A stretch of 64,000 bases of DNA from a virus (IMGVR_UViG_3300045051_000909:1-64000); one strand, 5' to 3'; positions 53,225 through 61,796 are shown, counted from the stretch's first letter. Made by a program: numbers and translations. The notes: generated by a model from the sequence alone, not told the origin.

Positions 53225-53529
53225 ACACTGCTCTGCTAACCCTGGTCATTCTAGTGGCCAGTTTCGGGCCTCCCCTTGCGTACCTGATAGGGTGGGCAAA
53301 GGGGAACCGCCGACGGGCCGTATGTCGCTGGGGCGGAATCGGAGGATGTAGCGCCTACGCAGATACTGAGTGTGGGTCCGGATACTGCACGTATCACTGC
53401 CGGACATATTGTGACAGCCAGTGCTATGGTCGTCGCTCACCGAAGCCCTGTCGCCATTGCGGCCTGCCTTACAAGGACCACGCCGCGCCTAAATGCACCA
53501 TCGAGCCTACGTTCTACGAATCCAAGTAG
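53221..53529 (+). CDS. zinc-knuckle family paralog 16, membrane-anchored and Cys-rich (CRHCGLPYKDHAAPKCTIEPTFY)
   Basis: ATGA coupling; N-terminal TM helix. Confidence 0.55.
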   Translation: MNTALLTLVILVASFGPPLAYLIGWAKGNRRRAVCRWGGIGGCSAYADTECGSGYCTYHCRTYCDSQCYGRRSPKPCRHCGLPYKDHAAPKCTIEPTFYESK

Positions 53530-53536
53530 ACTGGGA

Positions 53537-53571
53537 AGCGACCTTCTAGGGGTCGCTTTCTTTGGTATCAG
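53537..53571 (+). promoter_or_regulatory. terminator-promoter cassette (then TGGTATCAG)
   Basis: AGCGACC..GGTCGCT hairpin TTCTTTGGTATCAG. Confidence 0.55.
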
Positions 53572-53621
53572 GAACCGATGTAGCCTTACGAGCATCCCAA
53601 CGAGCCACCCTGGAGGTACTT

Positions 53622-53915
53622 ATGCGCTGGCTCAAACTTGCACACGGTCTAGTCGTAGTTGCTTTGATCGCGGTGCTTATCGCGGTCGTAACAGGAGCTC
53701 AGCGCAACCACGCGGTTGCTCTAGAGAATGCGCAACACTATGCAGCTTCCCGCCATCCGCTTCGAGAAATTAGCGTCGAGTGTGCTCAGTTTGATTCACA
53801 CTCAGACGGCTATTTGCACTGCGCTGTGGTTTTGGATAAACAGCGGGTCATTCTGATCGAGTGCCCGGGTGCCTTGACCTTCAACAAGGACTGCAAGGAG
53901 AATTGGTGGCCCTGA
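53622..53915 (+). CDS. signal-anchored small secreted protein (97 aa)
   Basis: GGAGG RBS; MRWLKLAHGLVVVALIAVLIAVV hydrophobic N-terminus; Cys pairs. Confidence 0.5.
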   Translation: MRWLKLAHGLVVVALIAVLIAVVTGAQRNHAVALENAQHYAASRHPLREISVECAQFDSHSDGYLHCAVVLDKQRVILIECPGALTFNKDCKENWWP

Positions 53916-54364
53916 ATCGAGTTCCGCCGCGCCACGCCATTGTTTTACTGCGTAAAGACAAGGCGAAGCAAAGCGCGTCTCACTGGCGCGTAGCGGTTGT
54001 TCGTAACAGTAAAAAGGTGCTCATCGCCCCTATGTTTGGACCGGTGTCCCGGCAGCACAGCGGCACGGAAACCGTGGGGCCCAACTGCCTTGACCCCATC
54101 TGCTCCAACTGCAAGGAGCCCGCCTCGGACCACGCAGACAATGGCAAGTGTCTGTGGCATCCTACCTTTTTCAACTATGAAAAGGTTTCGCGTGAGTACC
54201 TTCTGAAGCTCGAGGAGGACTTTCAGGCGGATATGAAAAGGAAGGCCGAGGAGTACGAAGAGTATCGTAAACGGGAAGAGCTACTGGCCAAGTCCGCGGA
54301 AACGCAGTGGCTCTTCGGCCCACACTACCGCCCCAAGAAGAAGTCAGGAGGCAAGGTCAAATGA
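53906..54364 (+). CDS. zinc-knuckle family paralog 17 (CSNCKEPASDHADNGKCLWHPTFF) with K/E-rich C-terminal extension; start uncertain
   Basis: family motif in middle; TTTACTGCGTAAA site lies at 53944-53956 so true start may be downstream. Confidence 0.45.
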   Translation: MALNRVPPRHAIVLLRKDKAKQSASHWRVAVVRNSKKVLIAPMFGPVSRQHSGTETVGPNCLDPICSNCKEPASDHADNGKCLWHPTFFNYEKVSREYLLKLEEDFQADMKRKAEEYEEYRKREELLAKSAETQWLFGPHYRPKKKSGGKVK

Positions 54365-54573
54365 GGAGTGACGCCTTTCGCCAAGCCCTGCGGGAGTGCC
54401 GGTCCTGCTTTCGACCGCGGGTCACAGGTCGAGCAATGACCGACTACGTCTGCAAGAAGTGCGGAAAGGAGAAGACACACCACGACACTGCGGTGCCGGA
54501 GGTCTGTGAGGAGTGTTCCCGTGAGCACAACATCTGCCGGCGCTGCGGCGACCGCTTGGAGGACCACGCGTGA
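54361..54573 (+). CDS. zinc-knuckle family paralog 18, C-terminally truncated (ends CRRCGDRLEDHA-stop)
   Basis: motif interrupted by stop exactly after DHA. Confidence 0.4.
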   Translation: MRSDAFRQALRECRSCFRPRVTGRAMTDYVCKKCGKEKTHHDTAVPEVCEECSREHNICRRCGDRLEDHA

Positions 54574-54902
54574 TGGTGATCTGGAAATATCCTATAACTG
54601 CTTCTGTCGTAACCCTCTCATTGCCAGAAGGAGCACGCGTACTTCATGTTCACGAACAAAATGGAGATCCCTGTCTCTGGGCAGCGGTCGACCCAAACGC
54701 GCCCAGGACGGAAAGACGGTTCCACGCCATTCCGACTGGTTCCCCAATCGCCCATACCGTCGCGGTCGAAGATCAATCCGATCCGACCGGGTATCGTGTG
54801 GTGGGGACAGCCGGACGCCTCGGCAATGTACTGAAGTATCTCGGTACGGTGCATCTGGGAGCGTCGCTCGTCTTCCACATCTTCGAAGAAGTGCCGTGGT
54901 GA
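54570..54902 (+). CDS. hypothetical protein (110 aa)
   Basis: ATGA coupling. Confidence 0.45.
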   Translation: MMVIWKYPITASVVTLSLPEGARVLHVHEQNGDPCLWAAVDPNAPRTERRFHAIPTGSPIAHTVAVEDQSDPTGYRVVGTAGRLGNVLKYLGTVHLGASLVFHIFEEVPW

Positions 54903-55087
54903 CGGCGGAACAGCGAATCAAAGATCTCGAAGAAGCGCTGCGCTTAGCCACCGGGGACACCGGGGAGGCCTGGCAGGCGTGGGTCCACGAACAGGGCTGT
55001 CGGTACGAAGAGCCCTTTGAGGAAACGTGTACGTGCGACGGCCTCTACATCGTCAACGAAGTGAAACGCCTTCTAGGGAAGACTTGA
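54899..55087 (+). CDS. small hypothetical protein (GTG start, 62 aa)
   Basis: GTGA coupling. Confidence 0.35.
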   Translation: MTAEQRIKDLEEALRLATGDTGEAWQAWVHEQGCRYEEPFEETCTCDGLYIVNEVKRLLGKT

Positions 55088-55299
55088 CCGGGGAGTGTGC
55101 GCAGTGCGGGCTTCCTCTGCATTGGCATGACGAACAGCGCATCTGGGTGTACACACCCGACTACGAAAAGCTTCCTCATGCAGATCTTGTGGTGGCAGAG
55201 CAACGCCGCCGAGGCGAGAGCCTTGTCCATTTGTTCATGCGGATAGTCAAGCGCGAGCTTGATCACTACCGCGATGCTCGCAAGGGTAAAGTTCACTGA
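55084..55299 (+). CDS. small hypothetical protein (TTG start, 71 aa) with CAQCG
   Basis: TTGA coupling. Confidence 0.35.
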   Translation: MTGECAQCGLPLHWHDEQRIWVYTPDYEKLPHADLVVAEQRRRGESLVHLFMRIVKRELDHYRDARKGKVH

Positions 55300-55380
55300 A
55301 AGGTGTACGCGGTTGACATTATGACCGCATGTGATAGGACGGAGGTTGCAGGTTTCCACCAAACCCGGAGTACCAAAAAA

Positions 55381-56226
55381 ATGAACACCAAGATCATCAC
55401 CGAACAGGTGATCGTGACGCCGCAGATGGCGATGCAGTACCTGGACACCAACCACGACAACCGGCGCGTCAATCAGGACCGCGTCAAGCTCTTCGCCGAG
55501 GACATGCGGATGGGCCGCTGGAAGCTGAACCACCAGGGCCTCGCCTTCGACGAGAACGGGGAGCTCTTCGATGGCCAGCATCGGCTGTGGGCGGTGATCG
55601 AGGCTGACAAGTCCATCGAGTTCATGATCACGAAGGGGCTGTCCCGCGACGTCGTGACCACCATCGATGCGGGGCGTTCGCGGAGCATTGCGGACCAGCT
55701 GCACATGGTCGATCACGTCCCCAACTCGAACCGCGTGGTGGCGGCGCTCAACGCCATGCGGAACATCCCCACCAAGCACCGCAACGGCTTCTCCACCTAC
55801 GGCATGATCAAGGAGGAGACGGACAAGTACAAGAAGGAGATCGAGTGGGTGTTGAAGTACTACACCCCGCGCAACTGCCGGCTGATGAAGGCGCCGGTCG
55901 CCGCCGCTCTGATGTACGCCTACTCGGTCAACCCCGAGAAGGTGGACGCGTTCGCGATGAGCTACTGCAATGGCGATCAGCCCGAGCTCACGGATCCGAC
56001 GCGGGCGCTGCGGGACTACGTCCTCCTGCGCATGCCGGGCAAGCGCATCGAGCAGCGCGAACTCTCCCTCAAGGCGCTCAACTGCATCATGTCCTACCTC
56101 GAGGGCGACAAGGTGACCAAGCTGTACGCCACTGAGAGCGTGGTCTACTACTTCAAGGCCCACAACTCCACGGTGAAGCCCACGAAGAAGGTGGGCAAGA
56201 TCTATCGGCGGCGCAAGCTGACGTAG
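55381..56226 (+). CDS. ParB-like nuclease (ParB/Srx) domain protein
   Basis: ...LFDGQHRLWA... hallmark GxxR motif region of ParB N-terminal domain; start set to MNTKII. Confidence 0.6.
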   Translation: MNTKIITEQVIVTPQMAMQYLDTNHDNRRVNQDRVKLFAEDMRMGRWKLNHQGLAFDENGELFDGQHRLWAVIEADKSIEFMITKGLSRDVVTTIDAGRSRSIADQLHMVDHVPNSNRVVAALNAMRNIPTKHRNGFSTYGMIKEETDKYKKEIEWVLKYYTPRNCRLMKAPVAAALMYAYSVNPEKVDAFAMSYCNGDQPELTDPTRALRDYVLLRMPGKRIEQRELSLKALNCIMSYLEGDKVTKLYATESVVYYFKAHNSTVKPTKKVGKIYRRRKLT

Positions 56227-56242
56227 ATCTCACGGAAGAGAG

Positions 56243-56270
56243 GCGGCGCCAGTACGGGCCGCCTTTCTTT
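56243..56270 (+). terminator. intrinsic terminator after ParB-like gene
   Basis: GGCGGC..GCCGCC hairpin + TTTCTTTCT. Confidence 0.45.
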
Positions 56271-56284
56271 CTGTGGGTGCACAC

Positions 56285-56617
56285 ATGGACCTCAAAGCCA
56301 TTCAACAATTTCCCCACTGCGACTCCCGGATACTGCACGCTCCCGGGGAGTGCACCTACTGTGACCAGTACCCGGAGTGGCAAGACCTCCGGAAAGTCTG
56401 GGGGATCAATTTCACTGGGAAAACCGAACCCAGCTTGCAGCCGTGCCCCGCTGACAAGGCACGCGGCGGCAGCCACAAGATGTGGTATGGCAACGTCGCC
56501 TACGCGTACCCATGCAAGAATTGCAAGCGCGAACCCGGCGACCATGCCGACGACGGGCGCTGTCTCTACAGCCCCGGTACTAACTACGAACCCAACGAAC
56601 CCGCCAAGGAGAAGTAA
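56285..56617 (+). CDS. zinc-knuckle family paralog 19 (CKNCKREPGDHADDGRCLYSPGTNY)
   Basis: family motif; extra CxxC pair upstream. Confidence 0.55.
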   Translation: MDLKAIQQFPHCDSRILHAPGECTYCDQYPEWQDLRKVWGINFTGKTEPSLQPCPADKARGGSHKMWYGNVAYAYPCKNCKREPGDHADDGRCLYSPGTNYEPNEPAKEK

Positions 56618-56913
56618 TGGGTTGGGCAACTCCCTACATCAGCAAGCTCCTCGAAGGAGCTCCCGTTCAGTTTCGCCCACGCGGTAATTCGATGCACCCG
56701 CTCATCAAGTCCGGTGCGCTCGTCACTGTCGAACCCTTGACGCGCGACCCTCAGATCGGCGACATTGTTCTGTGTCGCGTCAATGGACAGCAGTACCTGC
56801 ACAAGGTCACAGCGGTCAACGGCGACCGTTACCAGATCAGCAACAACCGAGGTCACATTAACGGCTGGGTGGGTCGTAGAGCGATCTACGGGGTCACCAG
56901 CAAAGTGGAGTAG
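56617..56913 (+). CDS. S24 (LexA/UmuD-like) peptidase catalytic domain protein
   Basis: PRGNSMHPLIKSGALVTVEP...GDIVLCRVNGQQYLHKV: Ser in GNSM and Lys in HK spaced as in S24 Ser-Lys dyad; no DNA-binding domain. Confidence 0.55.
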   Translation: MGWATPYISKLLEGAPVQFRPRGNSMHPLIKSGALVTVEPLTRDPQIGDIVLCRVNGQQYLHKVTAVNGDRYQISNNRGHINGWVGRRAIYGVTSKVE

Positions 56914-56915
56914 CC

Positions 56916-57170
56916 ATGGCAAAGAAGAGTCCGAAGCTGACCCACATCACGCTCAAGAAGGACGAAGCAGCTTTGATCATCGACGCCAACGGGGTGGCCT
57001 CGCTCTACCTGCCCGAGCAGGATGGCGATGTCCCAGTCTCGGACGCCAGCGTCACTGCGGTCGTACTGTCGATGGCGGCACGGGACATCAAGCTCATGAC
57101 CAAGCTCCACAAGCAGCTCGATAAGATGGTTGCGGCCATCGAGGCAGGGAAGCCGCTACCCAAGAACTAA
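56916..57170 (+). CDS. hypothetical protein (84 aa)
   Basis: begins 2 nt after previous stop. Confidence 0.45.
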   Translation: MAKKSPKLTHITLKKDEAALIIDANGVASLYLPEQDGDVPVSDASVTAVVLSMAARDIKLMTKLHKQLDKMVAAIEAGKPLPKN

Positions 57171-57175
57171 GCAAG

Positions 57176-57212
57176 GGCCCGGGCAACCGGGCTCCTGCTT
57201 TCTTTGGTCTAC
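57176..57212 (+). promoter_or_regulatory. terminator-promoter cassette (GCCCGG..CCGGGC hairpin, T-run, TGGTCTACG)
   Basis: pattern as other cassettes. Confidence 0.4.
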
Positions 57213-57233
57213 GTTGTAAACGCGAGGTTCCTA

Positions 57234-57368
57234 ATGGCTGCTATCCTTGGATACGGTGTACTGGCCTTTGTTGTAGGCGTGATCTTATTCGGCATCGGAC
57301 AAGTTATCTATGGGCTTGTGACCAAGCCAAAGCCTCTATCTGACGGTACGGGTCGAAACGACCCATAG
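57234..57368 (+). CDS. small membrane protein (44 aa)
   Basis: AILGYGVLAFVVGVILFGIG; coordinates +/-1. Confidence 0.3.
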   Translation: MAAILGYGVLAFVVGVILFGIGQVIYGLVTKPKPLSDGTGRNDP

Positions 57369-57524
57369 CCTGAAAAAGTGGTATCAGAAGAGCCATGGGA
57401 ACATGTAGCAAACACCCACACACCAGTGAGGAGTCTGCCCAGCGCTGCTGGGCTACGGCTGCTCGCCGTAGAGCCGACCGGCGCATCCGCGCCTCTGGCT
57501 GGCTAGGCGACTTACCTTTCTACT

Positions 57525-57848
57525 ATGAACCACGAACCTACAAGCCACCTCGACGAGTCCTCCGAAGAGGCGTCGAAATCTTCGTCTTCTTCGAAGGCGT
57601 TCACGTACCGCGTAGGTGATCGCGTTCGTATCGACTTCATGGGAGGCGCGGTCTACGGCACCGTCTTCCAGGTCGTCAACGACACCACCGTGCGCGTGGT
57701 CTATGAGCACAGTCCAGAGTTCAATTCATACCATGCCGTGAGTTGGCGGGTCTCCGACATTCGAAAGCTCTGCCGCAACTGCCGCCGTCTCTACTCCGAA
57801 CACGCACAGAACGCCAAGTGTCTGTACGCCCCCGGCTACTTCGAATAG
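57525..57848 (+). CDS. zinc-knuckle family paralog 20 (CRNCRRLYSEHAQNAKCLYAPGYF); start uncertain
   Basis: VGDRVRIDFMGGAVYGTV SH3/KOW-like N-domain + family motif; preferred over overlapping ORF 57395..57619. Confidence 0.5.
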   Translation: MNHEPTSHLDESSEEASKSSSSSKAFTYRVGDRVRIDFMGGAVYGTVFQVVNDTTVRVVYEHSPEFNSYHAVSWRVSDIRKLCRNCRRLYSEHAQNAKCLYAPGYFE

Positions 57849-57850
57849 GC

Positions 57851-57884
57851 AAAAAAGGGCCCCACCGTTGGGCCCTTTCTTTTA
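57851..57884. terminator. bidirectional terminator (A-run, GGGCCC..GGGCCC hairpin, T-run)
   Basis: between convergent 57848(+) and 57882(-) gene ends. Confidence 0.6.
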
Positions 57885-58094
57885 CTGCGCTGCGCACGGT
57901 CCTGTGCACGCGGCGCCCCCTTCGATGACTTCGAGCTCGGGCGTTTTGCGGAAGATCCGCTCAACGTTGCGGGTCCGGCGCCGCAGATCCGCCACCATCA
58001 ACTTTTTCGCGTAGGCATCGAGTGCCTTGTGCGAGAAGTAACTGCCGATAGCGACCCCTGCGAGGCCAGCCAGAATGACGAGGCGGATGTTCAT
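57882..58094 (-). CDS. small membrane protein (70 aa) on minus strand
   Basis: LVILAGLAGVAIGSYF TM; own TGGTATAAGCCTTTAGTAAG promoter at ~58115-58140. Confidence 0.5.
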   Translation of the reverse strand: MNIRLVILAGLAGVAIGSYFSHKALDAYAKKLMVADLRRRTRNVERIFRKTPELEVIEGGAACTGPCAAQ

Positions 58095-58139
58095 GATAGA
58101 CTCCGGGGCTAAGGTTTCGGCTTACTAAAGGCTTATACC

Positions 58140-58457
58140 ATGTCGAATGATCGTCGTATGGAGCAGCTGCTCGGCCGTCAGATGGCGGCTATTGTGACCT
58201 CGATCAATGAAAAGCGGTACCCTGAACTATGCCGTCACTGTCATCAGTATCAAGACGAGCACGCCGAGGGTGGCAAATGTCTGTTTGAGCCTTCGACGTT
58301 TGACCCCTACCCCAATGCAGAAGCGCTGCAAACCGCAAACACCGCGTCGGAGCGCCTGAGAAAACTAAATGAACTCATTGAAGAAGTGGAAGCACCTTCG
58401 CCGCCGACCCCCATACATTGGCCCACTACAAAAGGGTCAACGGGTCGTGGTACGTGA
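58140..58457 (+). CDS. zinc-knuckle family paralog 21 (motif near N-terminus: CRHCHQYQDEHAEGGKCLFEPSTF)
   Basis: family motif followed by 55-aa tail. Confidence 0.5.
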   Translation: MSNDRRMEQLLGRQMAAIVTSINEKRYPELCRHCHQYQDEHAEGGKCLFEPSTFDPYPNAEALQTANTASERLRKLNELIEEVEAPSPPTPIHWPTTKGSTGRGT

Positions 58458-58710
58458 TGGTTATCCGAATACAGGACGAAAGGGCACCGTGCTCGAGTCG
58501 GTAGTGCCACACCGCTATTCAACTGTCCACTTACACGAACTCCCAAAACGTTACCGTGAGTACCTCGTCCAATTTGACGGCGATGGGGGGTCGTCGTATG
58601 TGCGACGTACTCACCTGTGGGCTGTCTGTAAGAACTGCGAAATGCCGCGCAAGGCACACGCAGCCAAGGGCAAGTGTCTTTTTGAACCTGCAACTTACTG
58701 GGAGACCTGA
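58369..58710 (+). CDS. zinc-knuckle family paralog 22 (CKNCEMPRKAHAAKGKCLFEPATYW); start 58369 or GTG 58447
   Basis: KGQRVVVRDGYPNTGRKGTV SH3/KOW-like N-domain. Confidence 0.5.
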   Translation: MNSLKKWKHLRRRPPYIGPLQKGQRVVVRDGYPNTGRKGTVLESVVPHRYSTVHLHELPKRYREYLVQFDGDGGSSYVRRTHLWAVCKNCEMPRKAHAAKGKCLFEPATYWET

Positions 58711-59018
58711 TGGCCGAGCAACCATGGATGTACGGCGCCAAGAAGTCAGTGGCTGTGCCACCCAAGCCGCAAAAGAAGATCGAGCCCGAAGAGAAACCGT
58801 TCCACTGGCAGCCCTCGAAGAAGAGCGTCTATTGGCCTACTGCCTTCGGTGTGAAGACGGCCGACGGCCACTGGCTCTGTATCTATGTGGATCGGCGCCA
58901 CGCTGAGAAGGTGTTCGCAGAGCACCCCGAAGCTAAGTACCTCTACACCGAACTCGACACCCTGATGGACGAGGAGGACAACGAAGCCAACTGGGGTCGC
59001 GTGGAGAAGACCAAGTGA
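58710..59018 (+). CDS. hypothetical protein (102 aa)
   Basis: TGATG coupling. Confidence 0.45.
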   Translation: MAEQPWMYGAKKSVAVPPKPQKKIEPEEKPFHWQPSKKSVYWPTAFGVKTADGHWLCIYVDRRHAEKVFAEHPEAKYLYTELDTLMDEEDNEANWGRVEKTK

Positions 59019-59452
59019 AATTTTCGGAAACCACCGCGTCACACTGCCGTTATGGGGGGCATGCGGAGGAGATCTGGGGGGACTGGCAGGTACTCTGGGA
59101 GTACAGCATTGCCGACTACCAAGGTAGCGCCCGGTTCCTTGCTGCCAAGAATGGTCGATTCGCTTACTACGAATGGAACTACGGTTCCTGTTCAGGTTGT
59201 GATAGCTGGGAAGCCGCTGGGACCTCGGATGCCGATATCTGCGAGGAGATGAAGCGCGATGCACTCTGGTTCACCAATCGCGCTGAGGTGGATGCCTGGC
59301 TTTTGCAGCGGTCTACTAGCAGCACGGATGCCGCTGATATGATGCACGCACTCCGCAACGTCTGCCCCCACTGCGGTCGCGGCAAGGATGACCATGCGAA
59401 TAGCGGCAAGTGTTTCTACGAGCCGACGACCTGGAAGGAGATGGAGACGTGA
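59015..59452 (+). CDS. zinc-knuckle family paralog 23 (CPHCGRGKDDHANSGKCFYEPTTW)
   Basis: GTGA coupling. Confidence 0.55.
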   Translation: MKFSETTASHCRYGGHAEEIWGDWQVLWEYSIADYQGSARFLAAKNGRFAYYEWNYGSCSGCDSWEAAGTSDADICEEMKRDALWFTNRAEVDAWLLQRSTSSTDAADMMHALRNVCPHCGRGKDDHANSGKCFYEPTTWKEMET

Positions 59453-59769
59453 GCGGCCTGTACATCCAAGTAGTGATGGAGTGCTGTCACTGCAAGGAAC
59501 GAGTCAACGGTTTCGCCGGTACCGGAATGGGTGGGCGTTATATCCCACATCCTCCTGAACACTGGGTTATGGTGGAGTACCGGGAGAACCTGTTCCTCTT
59601 CTGCTGTCCGCGCAAGAGGTGTCGGGATAAGCTCGGTTACACCAACCCCTCCAGTACCCATCACGGTGAGCCGCGTAAGTGCAAGTTCTGCGGGGCCTGG
59701 CTGAAGGACCATGCACATGGCGGTAAGTGCTTGTTTGAGCACACCTGTTACGAGCCTGAGTTTCCGTAA
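59449..59769 (+). CDS. zinc-knuckle family paralog 24 (CKFCGAWLKDHAHGGKCLFEHTCY), extra Cys pairs
   Basis: GTGA coupling. Confidence 0.55.
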   Translation: MSGLYIQVVMECCHCKERVNGFAGTGMGGRYIPHPPEHWVMVEYRENLFLFCCPRKRCRDKLGYTNPSSTHHGEPRKCKFCGAWLKDHAHGGKCLFEHTCYEPEFP

Positions 59770-59772
59770 TGG

Positions 59773-59813
59773 CAAAAAGAAAGGGCGCCCCTCGTGGGTG
59801 CGCCTTTTCTTTT
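59773..59813. terminator. bidirectional terminator (GGGCGCCC..GGGTGCGCC hairpin flanked by A-run and T-run)
   Basis: between convergent 59769(+) and 59812(-). Confidence 0.6.
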
Positions 59814-60144
59814 AGTCGGGGGAGAGTAGCCCAGCGTCACGGAGCATGGGCTTGAGGTATTCAGGGGGCGCTGGATCAGGGAGCAGCTGCCATACCTTCT
59901 GATCTGCCTCGGATAGCTCACCCGGTTCGTTGACATCACGGCGTGCCAGGATCTGCCGGTAAACGCCCGTCCAGTACAAGAAATACGACGCGTGGATCAG
60001 CTCAAAGGGATTGGGCAGGTAGACAATATGCACGCCAGGCTGAATACATTTGATGAGCTGCTTCATGAAGTGCCCGAAGAGCACAACGATGCCGACAGGA
60101 ACGAGGAGCCACAGCAGCGCGACCACGGCGTATCGGCGGATCAT
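59812..60144 (-). CDS. membrane protein (minus strand, start MIRRYAVV)
   Basis: two TM helices. Confidence 0.45.
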   Translation of the reverse strand: MIRRYAVVALLWLLVPVGIVVLFGHFMKQLIKCIQPGVHIVYLPNPFELIHASYFLYWTGVYRQILARRDVNEPGELSEADQKVWQLLPDPAPPEYLKPMLRDAGLLSPD

Positions 60145-60181
60145 CCAATCCTCCAAGCGTTAAGGTTTTCGGTCTCAAGTA

Positions 60182-60203
60182 CTTATACCATTCCGGGTAT
60201 AAG
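60182..60203. promoter_or_regulatory. back-to-back divergent -10 elements forming inverted repeat CTTATACCattccGGGTATAAG
   Basis: serves 59812..60144(-) and 60250..60759(+). Confidence 0.5.
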
Positions 60204-60249
60204 CGTTTGTTTCGGAGATTTACTCCGTAAACACCGATAGGAGAAGATC

Positions 60250-60759
60250 GTGAAAGAAATCGAAAGGAAGTTTCTGGTCCGCGCTGATCTCCTTCCCGCC
60301 TTGACCAAGGAAGACACGGCCAAGGTGAAGAAGGTCACTCAAGGATACCTCTCCATGGTACCCCCAGTCGTGCGCGTGAGGCTGGTTTCCACGAGTGAGC
60401 CCAACGACGTGCCCCGCGCCTACATGACCGTGAAGAGCGCTGGGACGCTGGTGCGCGAGGAAATCGAGACGGAGATCCTGCCTCGCTTCGGCTTCGAGCT
60501 GATGAAGCTCTGTCCGGTGTCGCTGTACAAATTCCGGCGGGACATGGGCGAGGGGTGGGTCGTGGACCATATCCCGGCGCTCGACCTCTGGCTCGCAGAG
60601 ATTGAGCTCGATCATGAGATGCAGCAGTTCCGCAGGCCCGCGTGGCTGGGGCGTGAGGTGACTGAGAGCCCGGAGTTCACCAGCCTGGCGCTGGCCCAAA
60701 AACTTCATCAAAAGCTTCAGGGCGACGGGAGCGTGCACGAACGTAACGCCCGCACCTAG
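60250..60759 (+). CDS. CYTH-domain (triphosphate tunnel metalloenzyme; CyaB/ThTPase-like) protein
   Basis: N-terminal EIERKFLV (ExExK), VRVRL, T.K....REE.E.EI, WLAEIELD acidic motifs. Confidence 0.6.
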   Translation: MKEIERKFLVRADLLPALTKEDTAKVKKVTQGYLSMVPPVVRVRLVSTSEPNDVPRAYMTVKSAGTLVREEIETEILPRFGFELMKLCPVSLYKFRRDMGEGWVVDHIPALDLWLAEIELDHEMQQFRRPAWLGREVTESPEFTSLALAQKLHQKLQGDGSVHERNART

Positions 60760-60927
60760 AGCTCGATCACTACTACGGCGGGGCGTTCTTCAGCCGGGCG
60801 GGCAGGAGGCGGAGGCTCGGGGAGCGGGAGCTGCGGCTGCTCTCGCTCCTCCTCCTTCTCCTGCCGTTGGATCTCTTTTATGATCCAAGCATCTAGCATG
60901 CTCAAAATATAGCTCGAGGGTAAAGAA

Positions 60928-60947
60928 AGCGCCCCTGATGGGGCGCT
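60928..60947. terminator. terminator hairpin AGCGCCCC..GGGGCGCT between convergent genes
   Basis: flanked by AAAGAAA and CTCTCTGTTT. Confidence 0.5.
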
Positions 60948-60953
60948 CTCTGT

Positions 60954-61760
60954 TTACAGCTTCGCCTTGCCCTTGGCGTGGCTCACCACCTGGCGCTCGG
61001 CGCTCCACTCGAGGTCGCCGTCGGCGGTGACATTGATCTCGAGCGTTTGCAGGTGATACTTCTTCTTGAGCTTCGAGAGGAAGGGCAGCAGAGCTTCTTC
61101 AATCTCCGCCTCCCACTCCGTCTCAGGGGCTTCGTCTTCCGTGTGTTCAGTGATACGCATGGGTTTCTCGGTCTCCGTCGGTTCGTTGTCCACGCCCAGT
61201 ACGGCGCGGGCGACCTTCAGTGATTCGCTCATGCGCGGGATCCAGATACCCCGCCCATCGTGAGCCGCCTTGTACGCCCGGTTCACTTCGTGCGCGTTCG
61301 CCTTCCTGTGCTCTGCGATATACGTCATCACGAAATTGTCGATCTCCAGCTGCTCCGGATCCACCATAGGCGTAGACTGCGGCTTCGGCGGAGGCGGCGG
61401 TACGATGACCAGTGCAGGCGGTGCCTTCATCTCCACCACCACCACCGCCTCTTCGGCAGGGGCCGGTGGTGGCGGGGGAGGCGGTGACACCTCGAACCAG
61501 GTCTTCGAGTGCTTGCGGACGAATGCGGCGCCTGCGCCGGCGGCGCAGCTGAGCTGTTGGATCAGCGGCTGCTTCCTGCGCTCCTCCTTTTCCCGGAGGG
61601 CTTCGCGCCGAGCCAGTGCTACCTGCGGTTTGGTAAGTGACGGCAGCCCGGCGTCCAGGACACCTCGGGCCAGGGTATTGATGGAGGGGGCGTGTTCTTC
61701 ATCCACGCTCTGGACAGTTTGCTTCACCCAGTCGTACGACGCTTTTAGACGTGCGTCCAT
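60954..61760 (-). CDS. hypothetical protein with poly-Pro linker (268 aa)
   Basis: PPPPPPPAPA and PPPPPKP linkers; promoter GGGTATAAGC at ~61797. Confidence 0.5.
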   Translation of the reverse strand: MDARLKASYDWVKQTVQSVDEEHAPSINTLARGVLDAGLPSLTKPQVALARREALREKEERRKQPLIQQLSCAAGAGAAFVRKHSKTWFEVSPPPPPPPAPAEEAVVVVEMKAPPALVIVPPPPPKPQSTPMVDPEQLEIDNFVMTYIAEHRKANAHEVNRAYKAAHDGRGIWIPRMSESLKVARAVLGVDNEPTETEKPMRITEHTEDEAPETEWEAEIEEALLPFLSKLKKKYHLQTLEINVTADGDLEWSAERQVVSHAKGKAKL

Positions 61761-61796
61761 GTGGTTCGGCTCCCGGAAAGGTTGCGGGTTACAAAT

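Noticed and set aside
57395-57619. 74-aa ORF overlapping the start of family paralog 20
   Set aside because: Has no motif, overlaps a family member whose conserved N-domain must extend through the overlap, and is Arg-rich shadow-like. Judged non-coding, though the true start of paralog 20 is uncertain.
60790-61008. 72-aa minus-strand ORF in the gap after the CYTH gene
   Set aside because: Overlaps the 3' end of the convergent 60954..61760 gene and has Gly/Arg-rich shadow composition. The gap more likely holds the terminator at ~60930.
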